From the NCBI GenBank assembly GCA_004022145.1, contig RCNU01000001.1: 64,000 nucleotides of DNA; one strand, written 5' to 3'. Position numbers and translations under genes: made by a program. This stretch comes from Paecilomyces variotii. Taxonomy: Eukaryota. The first letter of the stretch is position 1; every line of letters begins with the position of its first letter. Of the stretch, positions 27,221-38,900 are shown piece after piece. A model generated the notes under the pieces. That model was not told the origin of the DNA. It saw nothing but the letters and a program-made list of their open reading frames with translations, and did not search any database.

Positions 27221-28153
27221 CTACTTCTCCAACGACTTCTCGACCTCCATGGCCTCCGCAAACCCATCCGTCAACGCTGTCACTTCCTCTGGAGAATGGG
27301 CCACGCAAGGCCGTCTGGGCGGGCCTCCGTAACCGCGATGCACCTGCAACAGCGTCTTGACGCCGACAAAGCCCGCCTTGATCCCCTCCCAGTCAGCCCT
27401 GGCGACAATAGCCTGCAACTTCTGCGCCTCGGCCACACGACCGGCCTCATACAGCTTCATCACCTCCACACACGTCCGAGGGATAACATTCGCCGTACCA
27501 GCAATAACCCCCTGACCACCAGCAATCAGCGTCTGCAGGGTAAAATCACACGACCCCCCCAGCGTCATAAACCCTTTCTTCGCACCGGCCGCAATCCGCG
27601 CCAACTTGCCCGTATTCCCACACGTAAGCTTCACCCCGATGATATTCGGATGTTCCGCCAACGCGAGAACATCATCCGAAGTCAAATCCACCCCGGCTGC
27701 CGCGCCAGGGTAATTATAAATCATAACAGGAATCGGCGACTCCGAGGCCGCAATGCGAAAATGCTCTAGCAGCGCAGCATTATTCACCAGACCCTTATAA
27801 TAGCATGGCGGGAGAATAATCGCATAATCACCCCCTGCTTCAGCGGCGTCTTTGCAGAGCGTGATTGTCTCTCGGGTCGATTGAGCTCCTGTCCCGACGA
27901 TGATGGGGATCGAGGATGTTGAGGGAGAGGAGTCGAGGGCACGACGGGTCGCGCGGGTTATGGCTTTGCGTTCTTCGCGGTCGAGATGGACCGCTTCGCC
28001 GTTGGAGCCTTGGACGACGAGACCGGCTATTCCCGTCGAGGCGAGGTAGGAGGCGTGTCTTTCGACGGTGGGGATGTCGACTTCTTCGCTGGTGGGGTCG
28101 AAGAAGGCGACTGTTGGGACGTAGATGCCCGGGTGGAGGGGGCGGGGGGCCAT
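27221..28153 (-). CDS. DHDPS/N-acetylneuraminate-lyase family class I aldolase (GaaC/LGA1-related paralogue)
   Basis: Intronless 310 aa. GSNGE motif, PPCYY, IYNYPG, and Schiff-base Lys in HPNIIGVKLTCGNTGK. Confidence 0.92.
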   Translation of the reverse strand: MAPRPLHPGIYVPTVAFFDPTSEEVDIPTVERHASYLASTGIAGLVVQGSNGEAVHLDREERKAITRATRRALDSSPSTSSIPIIVGTGAQSTRETITLCKDAAEAGGDYAIILPPCYYKGLVNNAALLEHFRIAASESPIPVMIYNYPGAAAGVDLTSDDVLALAEHPNIIGVKLTCGNTGKLARIAAGAKKGFMTLGGSCDFTLQTLIAGGQGVIAGTANVIPRTCVEVMKLYEAGRVAEAQKLQAIVARADWEGIKAGFVGVKTLLQVHRGYGGPPRRPCVAHSPEEVTALTDGFAEAMEVEKSLEK

Positions 28154-28175
28154 TTTTGTAGGGTTGTAGCTGTTT

Positions 28176-28197
28176 GAGAGAGAGAGAGAGAGAGAGA
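28176..28197. repeat. (GA)n microsatellite in the 5' region of the aldolase gene
   Basis: gagagagagagagagagagaga directly upstream of ATG 28153. Confidence 0.85.
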
Positions 28198-28479
28198 GGA
28201 TAGAGTCTTGAGTAGAGTAGAGGAGTTAGTTGATGGTTTGAAGAAAGAAAGAAATGAGGAATGGGATTGTTGGAATATGATAAATAAATCAGTAAATAAT
28301 AGTGACTTCGTTCGTTCTTACCTGAATCAGAATGGAATCCCAACTATATTGATTACAGAAAGAATGACCCGGACTTCGTTCCGCGACCTAGATACTTAGG
28401 CTGGGAAACAGGGAATTGCTGAAAAAGGTTTCGAGTAAGAAGAGAAAGAATCAATGCGATTTGCGTCTCTTAATATACC

Positions 28480-29107
28480 CCCCGCTCCCCACTATCCTAT
28501 TGTCCTTGGGTAGTTACATATTACTTACTCTATGGAGTAATAAATTTATTAGCTATTAATCTCCAGGATGAATAACCCCGCTCCTGAGTCCAATTAGTCT
28601 AGTCTACTAGTTCCCTATACATAGTTAGTAGCATCGTGCAATAATTATTCATATTTCTCCGAACGGGGTTATCGTATCATGGTCCGTAGGTTAGGTAGCT
28701 AGGAAATATAGGTAAATTCCGGATAAATACCTACTTATGCAGCTGCTTGCATCGGACGAAAGCACCCCCGCATCCTAGCTTTCATTCATTCATCCCACAC
28801 CTGCATCGCTGGAGTATTACTATACTTAGTAGAAGCCTGAAGGGGAACCCCCACGCTGCACGTTGCACCCACCAAGCACGGAATAAACTGCCCTATTGAT
28901 ATTCCGCTGCCAATTTAGCAGGGATGTATTATATTATATTATACCATGTAGATTATCTTGCGGGGAGAGAAACTATTATTATAATGGGTTAATTGATTAT
29001 TATTGTAATATGCTGTGCTTGGTTTGGAGGGGGAAAGAAACCCCCACGCCGTTTAAGTATTGATGTGGCGCCGAGAGCATGGGGGTGGATACGTGCAAAG
29101 TCTGGGG
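28480..29107. promoter_or_regulatory. Cluster of CreA consensus sites (SYGGRG) upstream of the aldolase
   Basis: Ten matches at 28480, 28487, 28561, 28576, 28766, 28809, 28849, 28960, 29042 and 29102 in otherwise AT-rich intergenic DNA. Confidence 0.5.
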
Positions 29108-29554
29108 TTGGAAAATGGGATGGATCATGGCACGGAAAAGGACCCGTGGTGGTCGGACTGTTGGCCGATCTGTTTTACATACTAGATACTGAATACACAG
29201 TGGATGCGAGGGTTTTATGCCAAGATCGGTTAGGAGGGGATAAGAGAATCCTGTTTAATAATGGGATGGAAGGGAAACGGAATAGTTAGAATTGGAATTT
29301 GTGATAATACAGGGCTGCGTGCTAACACTGCCGCGAAGATATACTCCCCCTAGATCGGGGCTATTAATAGGATATATAATCAAAGTGCTGAGTCGGCGAC
29401 TATACCGTCAGGGCCAGCAACCTAGACAGGTATTATATAGTGCTCTATGCCAGACCATAGCACACCCACGCAAACAGGCCGACCCGTCAAGGCCTGCCAG
29501 AATCAAACAATAAACGCAAAACAAAGAGGTATCATGTCTACTAGGAAATTCCAG

Positions 29555-31325
29555 CTACACCTGGCTCGCCCGTCTCATCCGCCGTCGTTTGCGCTGACAC
29601 GCCTGGATGGCTTCCTCCGTCAGGATGTCTGGCGGGAGTTGGAACTCCCGCTCCTCCATGTCCGGGATCGGCTGGCCAAACGCAGTCCGTGTGCGCCCTC
29701 GACGGTGATGGCCCAGGGCAGCATCACGGAGATAGCGCTTGGCGTAGAAGGATGTAAATGGCTTCTCCGGCTCAGGCAGCGGCGGCGGCGGAGGAGGAGC
29801 AGAGGGAGAGCGTGCAGCCTTGGCCCGCTTGCCTCCCGAGGCGGATCGAGCTTCTTCGAGCAGCTGGCGGGCCGCCCACGCATCAACGTCGTTGATGTCT
29901 GGAGGCTCTCCAAAGCTCTGGATGTCAGACGAGGCCGTGCCGTTGGCAAGACCTCCCTTCTCGTCGTCCGCCTCCTCGACAGAAGGTTCGTGATCTGGGA
30001 ATGGGGCTGGAGTATCTTGGTCGCGTAGCTGCTGACCCTTTTCCAGCTTCCGGCGCTTCTCCTCCTCTTTCCACACGCGGAACTTGTCGATCAAGGCGGA
30101 TACTTCTTTGATGAACAGAGCTCGTTTGGGCTCGTATAGCTTCTTCTCCGTGTCGGTGATTCCGCTGATCCCCATGACTCGAAGCCAGTCATGGCCCTGC
30201 AGCTCGTCCAAGAGACGGTCCAGCTGGATCTTCTCATGCTGCGCCCGTTCCCGCTCGATATTCCGCAGCTGCTTTTCTTGTCGCTCGACCCGACGGTGCG
30301 CTTTGAAGAAGTGCTCGTTTCCCAGCGGATCTACGTCGGATCCGGGCTCAGCTTTTGGCAGCGTCACCTTCTCGCAGTCATGTAGATCGAGCAGAGGATT
30401 CCCAAATGGCGATTCTGCACTGCGAGACGGCGAAGACCGAGATGGCAGCGACGAGGGTGGGGGTTCGGTTAAGTCGTCGACCAGCACGACGGTCGTATCT
30501 CCGGTTAGAAATTCTAGATGCCCGTTAGTACCAGCTCGCACCAAACATGGCAGCCATGCCGCCAGACAGTCACTCACCAGGCTTGGGTGGTTCAAGACTC
30601 AGCATCTGCTCGTAGTTCTGGAAGTACATCGCCAGCTCGCTCTTGGAGCGGGACCCGCCCGCCTGGGAGCGCAGCGATCGCTTCTCCGCGGTTGTCGCAG
30701 TTCCATCTGAGGCAGGCTGGCCTGTTTCTGCCTGGGAAGCAGCGTCAATGCCGGTAGCTCGACTGGCATCATCATCAGCATCACCCTCTGCCAACCCCAC
30801 GGGGTCGTGCTTCTCCGCGTCGCCGTCCACTGCTACGGGGAGCTGTCGCAGCGAGCGGCGGGTGGCGCGCGTTACGCCGGAAGGCGGTAATACTGTCACA
30901 AACGCGGGCTGCGACGGTCGGGCTGGCGGGCGCGCAGGGGCTGTGTCAACTGGCGACGATATCGTGTTCAGAGGATCTGGCGATTCCGCTCGGTCCTGGT
31001 CCTGGTCGCGCAGCGGATATCTCGTCGTGCTCTCGCGAAAATGGCCCTCCAGCCGGGGTTTCTTGTAGGGCCGTTCGTGCTCGTCGACGTGGTCGAGTTC
31101 GATCGGCTGCTGGGACGACAGCGGAGACCGCCGTCGCGACCGGGACCTACGCGACTGCAGCGGGGGTTTCGTGCTTCCTAGCGATTCCGGACGGGTCGAG
31201 GAGGAGTGCTCGATGTATTTCTGGACGAGATTCGAGGCAGACGTGCTGTCCTCGTCGTGCGCGAGGCGACTGTGGTCTTCTCGTCGCACGGAGAAGCGCA
31301 GCGACGACCTCGATCGGACGGTCAT
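29555..31325 (-). CDS. SAS4: SAS complex subunit Sas4-domain protein
   Basis: DPLGNEHFFKAHRRVERQEKQLRNIERERAQHEK..LQGHDWLRVMG..IDKFRVWKEEEKRRK resembles the Sas4 domain; long disordered N-terminus. Intron 30514-30577; ATG 31325. Confidence 0.85.
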
Positions 31326-32301
31326 GATGGGCTTCAGGGAGAAGACCAGCCGTCGCTCATGGTCTAGTTCGAGGCCTGGTGCCTCCCAGTGAATGCGAAG
31401 AGACAATGGGGACGATGGTGGATGTGGCGCTTTGTGTGAGTCTGTTTCGTCTTTTGTCTGTGTTTCTGCTTGTTTTTCTTCTTTTCCCCTCCTTCCTTTT
31501 TTTCCCTCGCTCGTTCTCTGGGGGGTTTCGCGATGGGCGAAAAGTGACTCGTTTCTTCCTGTTCGTTACTGTACTGTAAATAACTGCTTAATTATTACGC
31601 CGTTCCAGACTCATCCCGTTCTTGGCGCTATCCATCCCTTCGTGCCAGCCGTTTACGTCCGTAACATGGACTCGGTATATTTGGATCTATATTTTTCAAA
31701 GAATAAATAGTGAAGGAGGATTTATGGTAGTGGATGAAAATATGAATGCATGTTGTTAGAGAATACCAGTCATATCTGGTGTTGGGAGCCTACGTGCACG
31801 ATGCGTTGAAGTTTATATTGCCAACTCGATGTTGAATCTCAGAAATATTGCAGTTTCAGAAAACCCTGTTCTGCATTTTATCCAGTAATTAAGCAGTTTC
31901 CAATGAAAACAAGCTTCCCAATTCCATTTTTTTTTTCGAGTCGTGAAACCCCACGCTTAACTATCGCCTGCATGGTCGAGAGATCGGAATGAACATTGCT
32001 TAACTCTATGCTTCCAGAACTACCAACCACGACTATTGTAATATATCGTGTCTCGGACAAGGAAGGATATTGTAAAGACGAAAAGACCGTCAATCATGGC
32101 TATTATTACCGCGCAGATGAAATTATGGCCGGGACTGTTTATCTACTTTGATGGATGGAAGAGCCGCGATATTCGAACTTAGGAAGGGAATCGCTGCCTC
32201 TAATGAAATATTCAGGGTCTCCAGTTCCAACGAGAGATGGCTGTCTTCTGACGTCCAATTTTGCTATCACTTTAGCATGCTGCAATGTTCTTTGTCCTTA
32301 G

Positions 32302-33084
32302 TTAGTTCCGCACGATGTGAGATGCCCCGTCAGCTCCGTAGTCGATGAGCGTTTGCACATGTTTTGGTGCTCGACTGACAGCTATCTGCAGTGGCGTCAT
32401 ATCATTTCCATCTCTGGAATCGATTTCAGAACCCGCATCTAAGAGGATTTTCACAATTTCAGAAGGTCCATCCTCTCCAGCCGCAAAGTGTAGTGGGGTT
32501 CTCTGATGTTTCTCCTCTCGAACATGAATATCGGCGCCCCGAGCAAGAAGCATTGCCACTATAGCAGGACTCTGCGACACAATAGCCGTATATAGAGGCG
32601 TACGATCTTGGTAACCCCTTAAATTGATATCGGCCCCAGAATTCAGCAGCAATTCTATCAAAGAAAGACCATCCTGATATACACCGTATTGGCAAGTGTT
32701 CAAAATAGCAATGTCTAAAGGGCCGTTCTTAACACCCTTGGTGAAATTGAGATTGGCCCCGTTTTCGATGAGAGTTCGAACTACTGCTATCTCATGTCGG
32801 CTGATAGCGAGCATTAGCGGCGTTCTATCTCTCCAACGCGGGTTTTGAATATCAACATCAGCGCCCAGAGCGAGCATATCTCGAACTCTGGCATCATAGC
32901 CCCAAAGTGCATAGAACGATAGGGCCAAGCCACCGGTGACACGGATGTCTCGTTTGCAGAGTTCATGGAGAAGGAGATTGTAAGAAAAGTGATTCACTTG
33001 GAGGAAGTTGAGGATATCCCTTGCTAATGCAAGTTTGCTTACAATAAGCACGATAATCTCTTGCGGTAATGAAAGAAGGGGCAG
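32302..33084 (-). CDS. F-box-like + ankyrin-repeat protein; start codon uncertain (CTG where Met is expected)
   Basis: About five ankyrin repeats (RTPLMLAI, RTPLYTAI, RTPLHFAA, MTPLQIAV). The frame extends upstream to LPLLSLPQEIIVLIVSKL, beginning at CTG 33084. Confidence 0.75.
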   Translation of the reverse strand: MPLLSLPQEIIVLIVSKLALARDILNFLQVNHFSYNLLLHELCKRDIRVTGGLALSFYALWGYDARVRDMLALGADVDIQNPRWRDRTPLMLAISRHEIAVVRTLIENGANLNFTKGVKNGPLDIAILNTCQYGVYQDGLSLIELLLNSGADINLRGYQDRTPLYTAIVSQSPAIVAMLLARGADIHVREEKHQRTPLHFAAGEDGPSEIVKILLDAGSEIDSRDGNDMTPLQIAVSRAPKHVQTLIDYGADGASHIVRN

Positions 33085-33243
33085 GTGAAGGATATATAGA
33101 GATTACCATAGAAAAGCACAAAGCTGGAAAGCACAAGGAGGATAGCATAATCAAGTAAAAGCGAACTGCGAAGGAAATTGTCTCTTAGTTAACTAGGTAC
33201 CTAGGTAAGATTCCCTCCATTAGTCAGCACAATCAATCAGGCT

Positions 33244-33400
33244 GACTCTACACCTTCATCATGGACAGCGGAGACCGGACATGAAGCAGTGGTCAAGACG
33301 GTATCTGCCAGAGATGATGTTGTCCTTATTTCCGAATATGAACGCGGTCAGCTCTATCTCATACAACAGTGGATGGCAGTGGTGAGGTGCTACAAGAGAG
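33244..33400 (+). pseudogene. Degenerate ankyrin-repeat gene fragment
   Basis: Translates DSTPSSWTAETGHEAVVKTVSARDDVVLISEYERGQ, close to the fungal ankyrin consensus TPLSWAAxxGHEAVVKLLLARDDV. No ATG; degrades after one repeat. Confidence 0.6.
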
Positions 33401-33612
33401 GTCGAACCTTGGCTCAGAATCCGGGTAGCGACAACAACTCTAACAGGGTTTTCTATTGTTGGCATAAAACATATGAGTAAATACCTCCTCTTAATCCATT
33501 GAAACTTTTGATATTCTATCGACGCCGCACTGTTTTATCATGGCAGCATATATAACCCACCCATTAACCCCAAGGAGCTATAGCAGTCTCTCAGCAGGTG
33601 TCGTGTATGCAA

Positions 33613-34320
33613 TCAAAGATTCAGTTCCTGAATCTTGTCAATATGAGAGTAATTATACCTTGAGAGCTTTGCGGGAAACTCACCAAGGCATTCCAAACTA
33701 AACCACCGAAAGTACAAGAACTTGTTCCCAGGTTTCTGAAACCGACGCTTTCGTAAAACCGGACCAGACGATCATAAGTGATGAGTACAACACTGTCTGC
33801 AGATTCGTTGGACCCTCGAAGAAAATGGATATACTCCTTCATGAGGGCTCTTCCGATTCCTTTGCCCTGGTACTCTGACCTGATTGCTAGCGAATGGACA
33901 CCGATCTTACGACCATTCGGGTCATTTCCAATCACCTGTCCATCAACCATAACAACATCTTTGCCACCACTCCAGTTTTGGGGAAGTTCCATTGACCCAT
34001 CAGTTATTCCGTGGGAGACTCGGTTCGCAATCACATGTCCGATTAGAGTAGGCGTTCCTTCATCCTCAGGCGTCTCAACAAACAACCCTAAGCAAATCTC
34101 TGGGCAAACTGTGAGGCGGTAGACAAACTATTGGTGGTAAGTCAATATATGTGTTGTCATAGTCAATGCAGAACAGTGTGAGGTTATGTCAAACCTTCTC
34201 CTTGGAGCATCGTTCTTGCGGCGGGAATACGCTCTCGACCTCAACGCAGCTCTCCACATCAGATACGGATAGAGGTCGAGTAAAGGCTCTCAAGCCGGCG
34301 AGTTCATCGAATTGTACCAT
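33613..34320 (-). CDS. GNAT N-acetyltransferase (polyamine/arylalkylamine acetyltransferase, Paa1-like)
   Basis: RPLSVSDVESCVEVESVFPPQERCSKEK/FVYRLTVCPEICLGLF, HSLAIRSEYQGKGIG (acetyl-CoA motif A), FYESVGF. Introns 34128-34194 and 33628-33683; ends ELNL*. Confidence 0.9.
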
Positions 34321-34480
34321 TGACATTGTTGATATAGACAAGGAAATATGCCTGAAAATGGTGACTATTTTTGGCAATGTAAATCGAAGACTTCCAAGTC
34401 TTCGAGATAAGGCGAGGCTTCAATGGTTATATACTCTTTCTGAAAGGGACAGGTAGATCTTGTCGAGGACGTAGAAATGC

Positions 34481-34582
34481 TGACTCATGGAAAGGAAGCG
34501 GTTTCATTCGGTCCCGCTTAAAATATGGCCTATTGTCACCACCCAGTATGGTTCTATATAAATGTTGACATTGTATGACTCA
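34481..34582. promoter_or_regulatory. Two perfect TGACTCA (CpcA/Gcn4 or AP-1-type bZIP) sites upstream of the GNAT gene
   Basis: TGACTCA at 34481-34487 and 34576-34582, about 160 and 255 bp upstream of ATG 34320. Confidence 0.45.
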
Positions 34583-35772
34583 GAACTGGTATTTTGGCTA
34601 CAACCGCGGGGACGTCTTATAATTCCGACACCTAGCTGACGCCGGCCCAAATTAGTTTTCTACTAAAAAACTTAAATTCCTTAGGTAATCCCCTATTATT
34701 TTGAGAATTTAATGCGAGCACGTCTGCCCTATTATTTAACTGTTTTGTTAAAATATAAAGCTTTTCAAATATTCAAATCCTATATTAAAATAACTCTTAT
34801 TTTAACTCCTATTTATCTCTTTAGCTCCTCTAAATCTAGCTAAATAGGAGACGCCCTCTTAGTGGATTTTTGCTAGGAATCTATTAATAGCTTCTATTTC
34901 TCTGGTTGTAATTCTGCTTTAAACTGCTTAACCCCTTTATAATAAATAAGGCTAATAATAAGATCTAGAGCTTTAATCTATCTCTTAATAAGCTAATTAT
35001 ATAGCTCTACTAGTAGATTAATAATATTTATTTTTAAATTATAATAAATATTTTAAAGCTTATTTAAAATTTTATAAATTTTTAACTTTTAGTATAATAG
35101 TATATTAATTTCTTTATCTACTTACTTATTTATATAGTCTCTTATTATTTTTTTATATAGTTTAAATCTAGATTTCTCCTATTTATTATATTAGCAGTCT
35201 TAATATTTATTTATTAAGATATTGCTAAAAAGCTAGTAATGCTATAAGATATAGTAGTATAGTAATTGCTATTTTTTATAGAATAAGTAATTATATATAA
35301 TATTATTATTAAGTAGAGAGATTATAATCTTATTAAGATCTAAATCTCTATTATTATTATCTTTAGTAATAAGCTTTCTTTAAATAAGCTTTTAAACTAA
35401 ATATAGAAAGTAATAAATTATTAGTATATTCTAAAAGTTATTAATAAATTTAGTATAGAAATTATAGATAGCTTAATCTGCTTATTAAAGCTATTAATCT
35501 TGCTTCTTTAAAATATAAAGCCTAAGACTATAGAGATTTTATCTGCTTATATTTTTTTTATATTGTATTTTAAACTTTAATACTAGCTCTTTATAGTATT
35601 TATAGTATAAATCTATAGGAGTAGGTTAAAATATTAATAAGTATATATAGCTTATTAAGCTAATCTTAATCTCTATTTATAATTAATATAATTATAATCT
35701 TACCTGTTTATATAAGCTCTAATAGCTTAATTAATTAAGTTATTATAACTAGCTCTAGTATAGTATATATAT

Positions 35773-35936
35773 TATTATAGTATAAGGGATAAAGAAGTTA
35801 TTCTTCTATTAGCTATATAAAGAAGTAACTATATAGCTAATTATTACCTGAGGCTTCTATATCTCGCATTTTTATACCCTACTAAGGTAATAAGCAGGCG
35901 ATGCTAAGATAGTATTATATGCCTATATTTATATTA
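35773..35936 (-). repeat. 3' LTR of Gypsy element 1 (164 bp)
   Basis: Colinear with 43625-43788, differing by transitions; adjoined by a degraded polypurine tract (ACTCTCTTT on +). Confidence 0.88.
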
Positions 35937-38900
35937 ATATACTCTCTTTAAAAAAAATATTATTATCCTTAATAATAGAGTATAGAAATATATATATAGA
36001 TATAATATAAGATATAGTTAGATATTTCTATAGTTTATCTCCTCTTGCGCCTAGTTTATAGGTTTAAAATTAATATTATTTATAGAATTACCCGCGCTTC
36101 TATAGTTTAGCTAATAGTCCGAGATATTAATTATACTTCTAGATAAATTCTTAAGTATTAGCTAAATCCTTAAAATAATATTATATATTATAATAAGTAT
36201 TATATTTCTTCTAGTAAATTAAATACTTAATAATAGTTTTACCTTAAACTTACTAAATATAATAGTTAAATAATATCTTAATCTTATAATAACTAATACT
36301 AGTATTCTCTATATTAATATATAGCAGCGGAATATTATTAAAGGATATAAAATATTTAAAGGAATTATTTATATAGTATAGCTCTAGATAAGTAATAAAA
36401 AAATATTATAATATTTTTAATAAGCTAGAATATCTAGCTAGTATATAAGATATTTAATCTTATGCTTAATTATAAGTAGTCCTATATATTATATTAATAA
36501 CTTCCTATTAAGAATAGCTATATTAAAGATATTATATCTATAATATAACTTTAGTAAGACCTTATTATTAGGGGTAAAATAAATTAGCTAATAATTCTTA
36601 TTATATATACTTAGCGTCTATAATAATTAAATAGAATACTTTACATATATTAAATTATAAAGTAAAGTCTTAGATTTCCTTATTATAGAGATTTATAGTA
36701 TTACTTAATTTAGTACTATATATTAAATTATATAGGAATTTTATTATAATAAATAATAGGCTAAAATTTAATACTAGTTATATTAATAGCAGTATCTTAA
36801 GCTAAGCTATAATATCTTCTAGAATAATTAAGTAATATTATAGGGTAATCTTAGCTATTTAATTAATTTATTCTAACTATCTATTAGTCTATAGGTAATA
36901 TACTATTAAATAAAGTAATTTAGTATTAAGATATTTAAATAGGCCTTTCTATAGCTCTAATAGAAACTTTAAATTATAATTTAATAAGATTACTAATAAA
37001 ATGCCCTAATTATTAATCTAGAGTTATTTAAATAATATTAATGCCTAGTCTTTAACTGTCTATATATTTTACCTTAATATAAATATAACTTATTTTATAA
37101 ATTTACAGGTAATAGTTAAGATTTAATTATATAGCCCTATATTTAGTAATCTTATAATAAAATCTATAATAATTATATAAAAAGAGATATTTAGTATAAA
37201 AATAAGCTAATAGCTGCTATAAGATATATAATAATATATTTAATTTATTTAGTATAAATAGTAATGCTTAATATATACTTTAACTTATTTTATAAGTCTA
37301 TAGATTATAAAGTTATAAATATTAGTAACTATTTAATAATACCTAGAGTATTCTATATTATTATAAGTTATTGTAAAAATATTCTTAAGGACTAACTATA
37401 ATATATAAAGATATTATATATTATTAGCATTAACTATATAAAGGAGTTTATTACAAATTATAAAAAGAAAATATATAGAGTTTATATTATCTTATAGCAT
37501 AATAAAGATCTTAGATTAATAAGGATTAGTTTTATAGCTATTCTCTAATTAGGTCTTAAACTTCTCTAATAACTTAATAAGAGTTATATTATATTATAGC
37601 TTATTCTTAGTATTATTAGTATAAATAGTCTTAAGAAATATAATAGCTAAATAGTATCTAATATCTTTTAATATAGAGATATTTAGCTTAATAGAGAATA
37701 ATTTAAGATATAATAGCGCGTCTGCAATAATATTATTATATTTTAGCTTATATATAAATATAAGGTTAAATCTCTATATATATTATAATGCTAAGATAAG
37801 GTATAAGTTAGTCTAATCTGTAAATATTAATTAAAGAGATATTTATTTAGTAATTATAATTATAGTATTATAATTTATAAAAATAATTAATAGTATTTAA
37901 TAGGTTTTAATAATATAGTATATCTTATATAGTATTTATATTAAATATACTATCTCTATTTTTATTAGCTAATATCTCTTTTTAGCTATATTAAGCTGCC
38001 TTAAGAAAAATATAATTAGCTAAATTTTTAATTAATTAGATATAGCTTTAAAAGGTTTATAAACTATAGAAAGATAATAATTATTTAGTTAAGCCTTAAT
38101 ATTACTATAGAGGTAATATAGCATAATACTAAAGCTAGAGATACTAGTATTAATATTAAAATAGAGCTAGCGCTTTAGGTTATAATATATAAGAAAGAAT
38201 AAATTATTAAAGTGCTTTTAAATAATATTATAAATATTTATCTTAGCTTATAAAAATATAGTTAAGATTATATTTTTTATAAAACTCTACTATACTTTAC
38301 CTTTTATAAGAGCTCTGCTAAAAAGCACTATCTTCTAATCTTAAAATAGCTGTATAATCCTAGTATACTAAGGAATATACTGCTTAAACTATCTTATTAA
38401 GCTAAGGTATAATTCTAAGGCTTAAGCTATATAAAGAAATAGAATATTAATTATAGCCTTTATCTTTTTACTAATAATACTTATTTTTAATAAGTTAATA
38501 TAGCAATCTAATAATTATATAGAGAAAAATCCTATAAAGAACTTCTTAAGGTTAAGCCTAATATTTAGTTCCTGCATTTTCTTAAAGATCTTATAGAGAT
38601 ATATATAATAATTATTAATTATATTAAAGGCGATTATAATATTATTAATATATATTCTTATAAATTTATAAAAAATATATAGATAGTAATTTATCTAGCG
38701 CTAAATATATACTAGTATATTATAAAAGCCTATAATAGTAATATTAAAAATCTCCTATTCTCTATAAGATATAATTAAAAGATAGTTCTTATAGTTATAT
38801 TAGATATATTATTAATATTAAAAAGATACTATATTAAATATTAAAATAAAGTATTTTCTTACTATAAATATAATAATCTCCTTTTATAATAGAAGAGAGT

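Noticed and set aside
27221-28153. Calling the aldolase gaaC or bacterial dapA
   Set aside because: No divergent gaaA neighbour and no GARE (TCCNCCAAT) noticed upstream; fungi make lysine via alpha-aminoadipate. Only the family call is supported.
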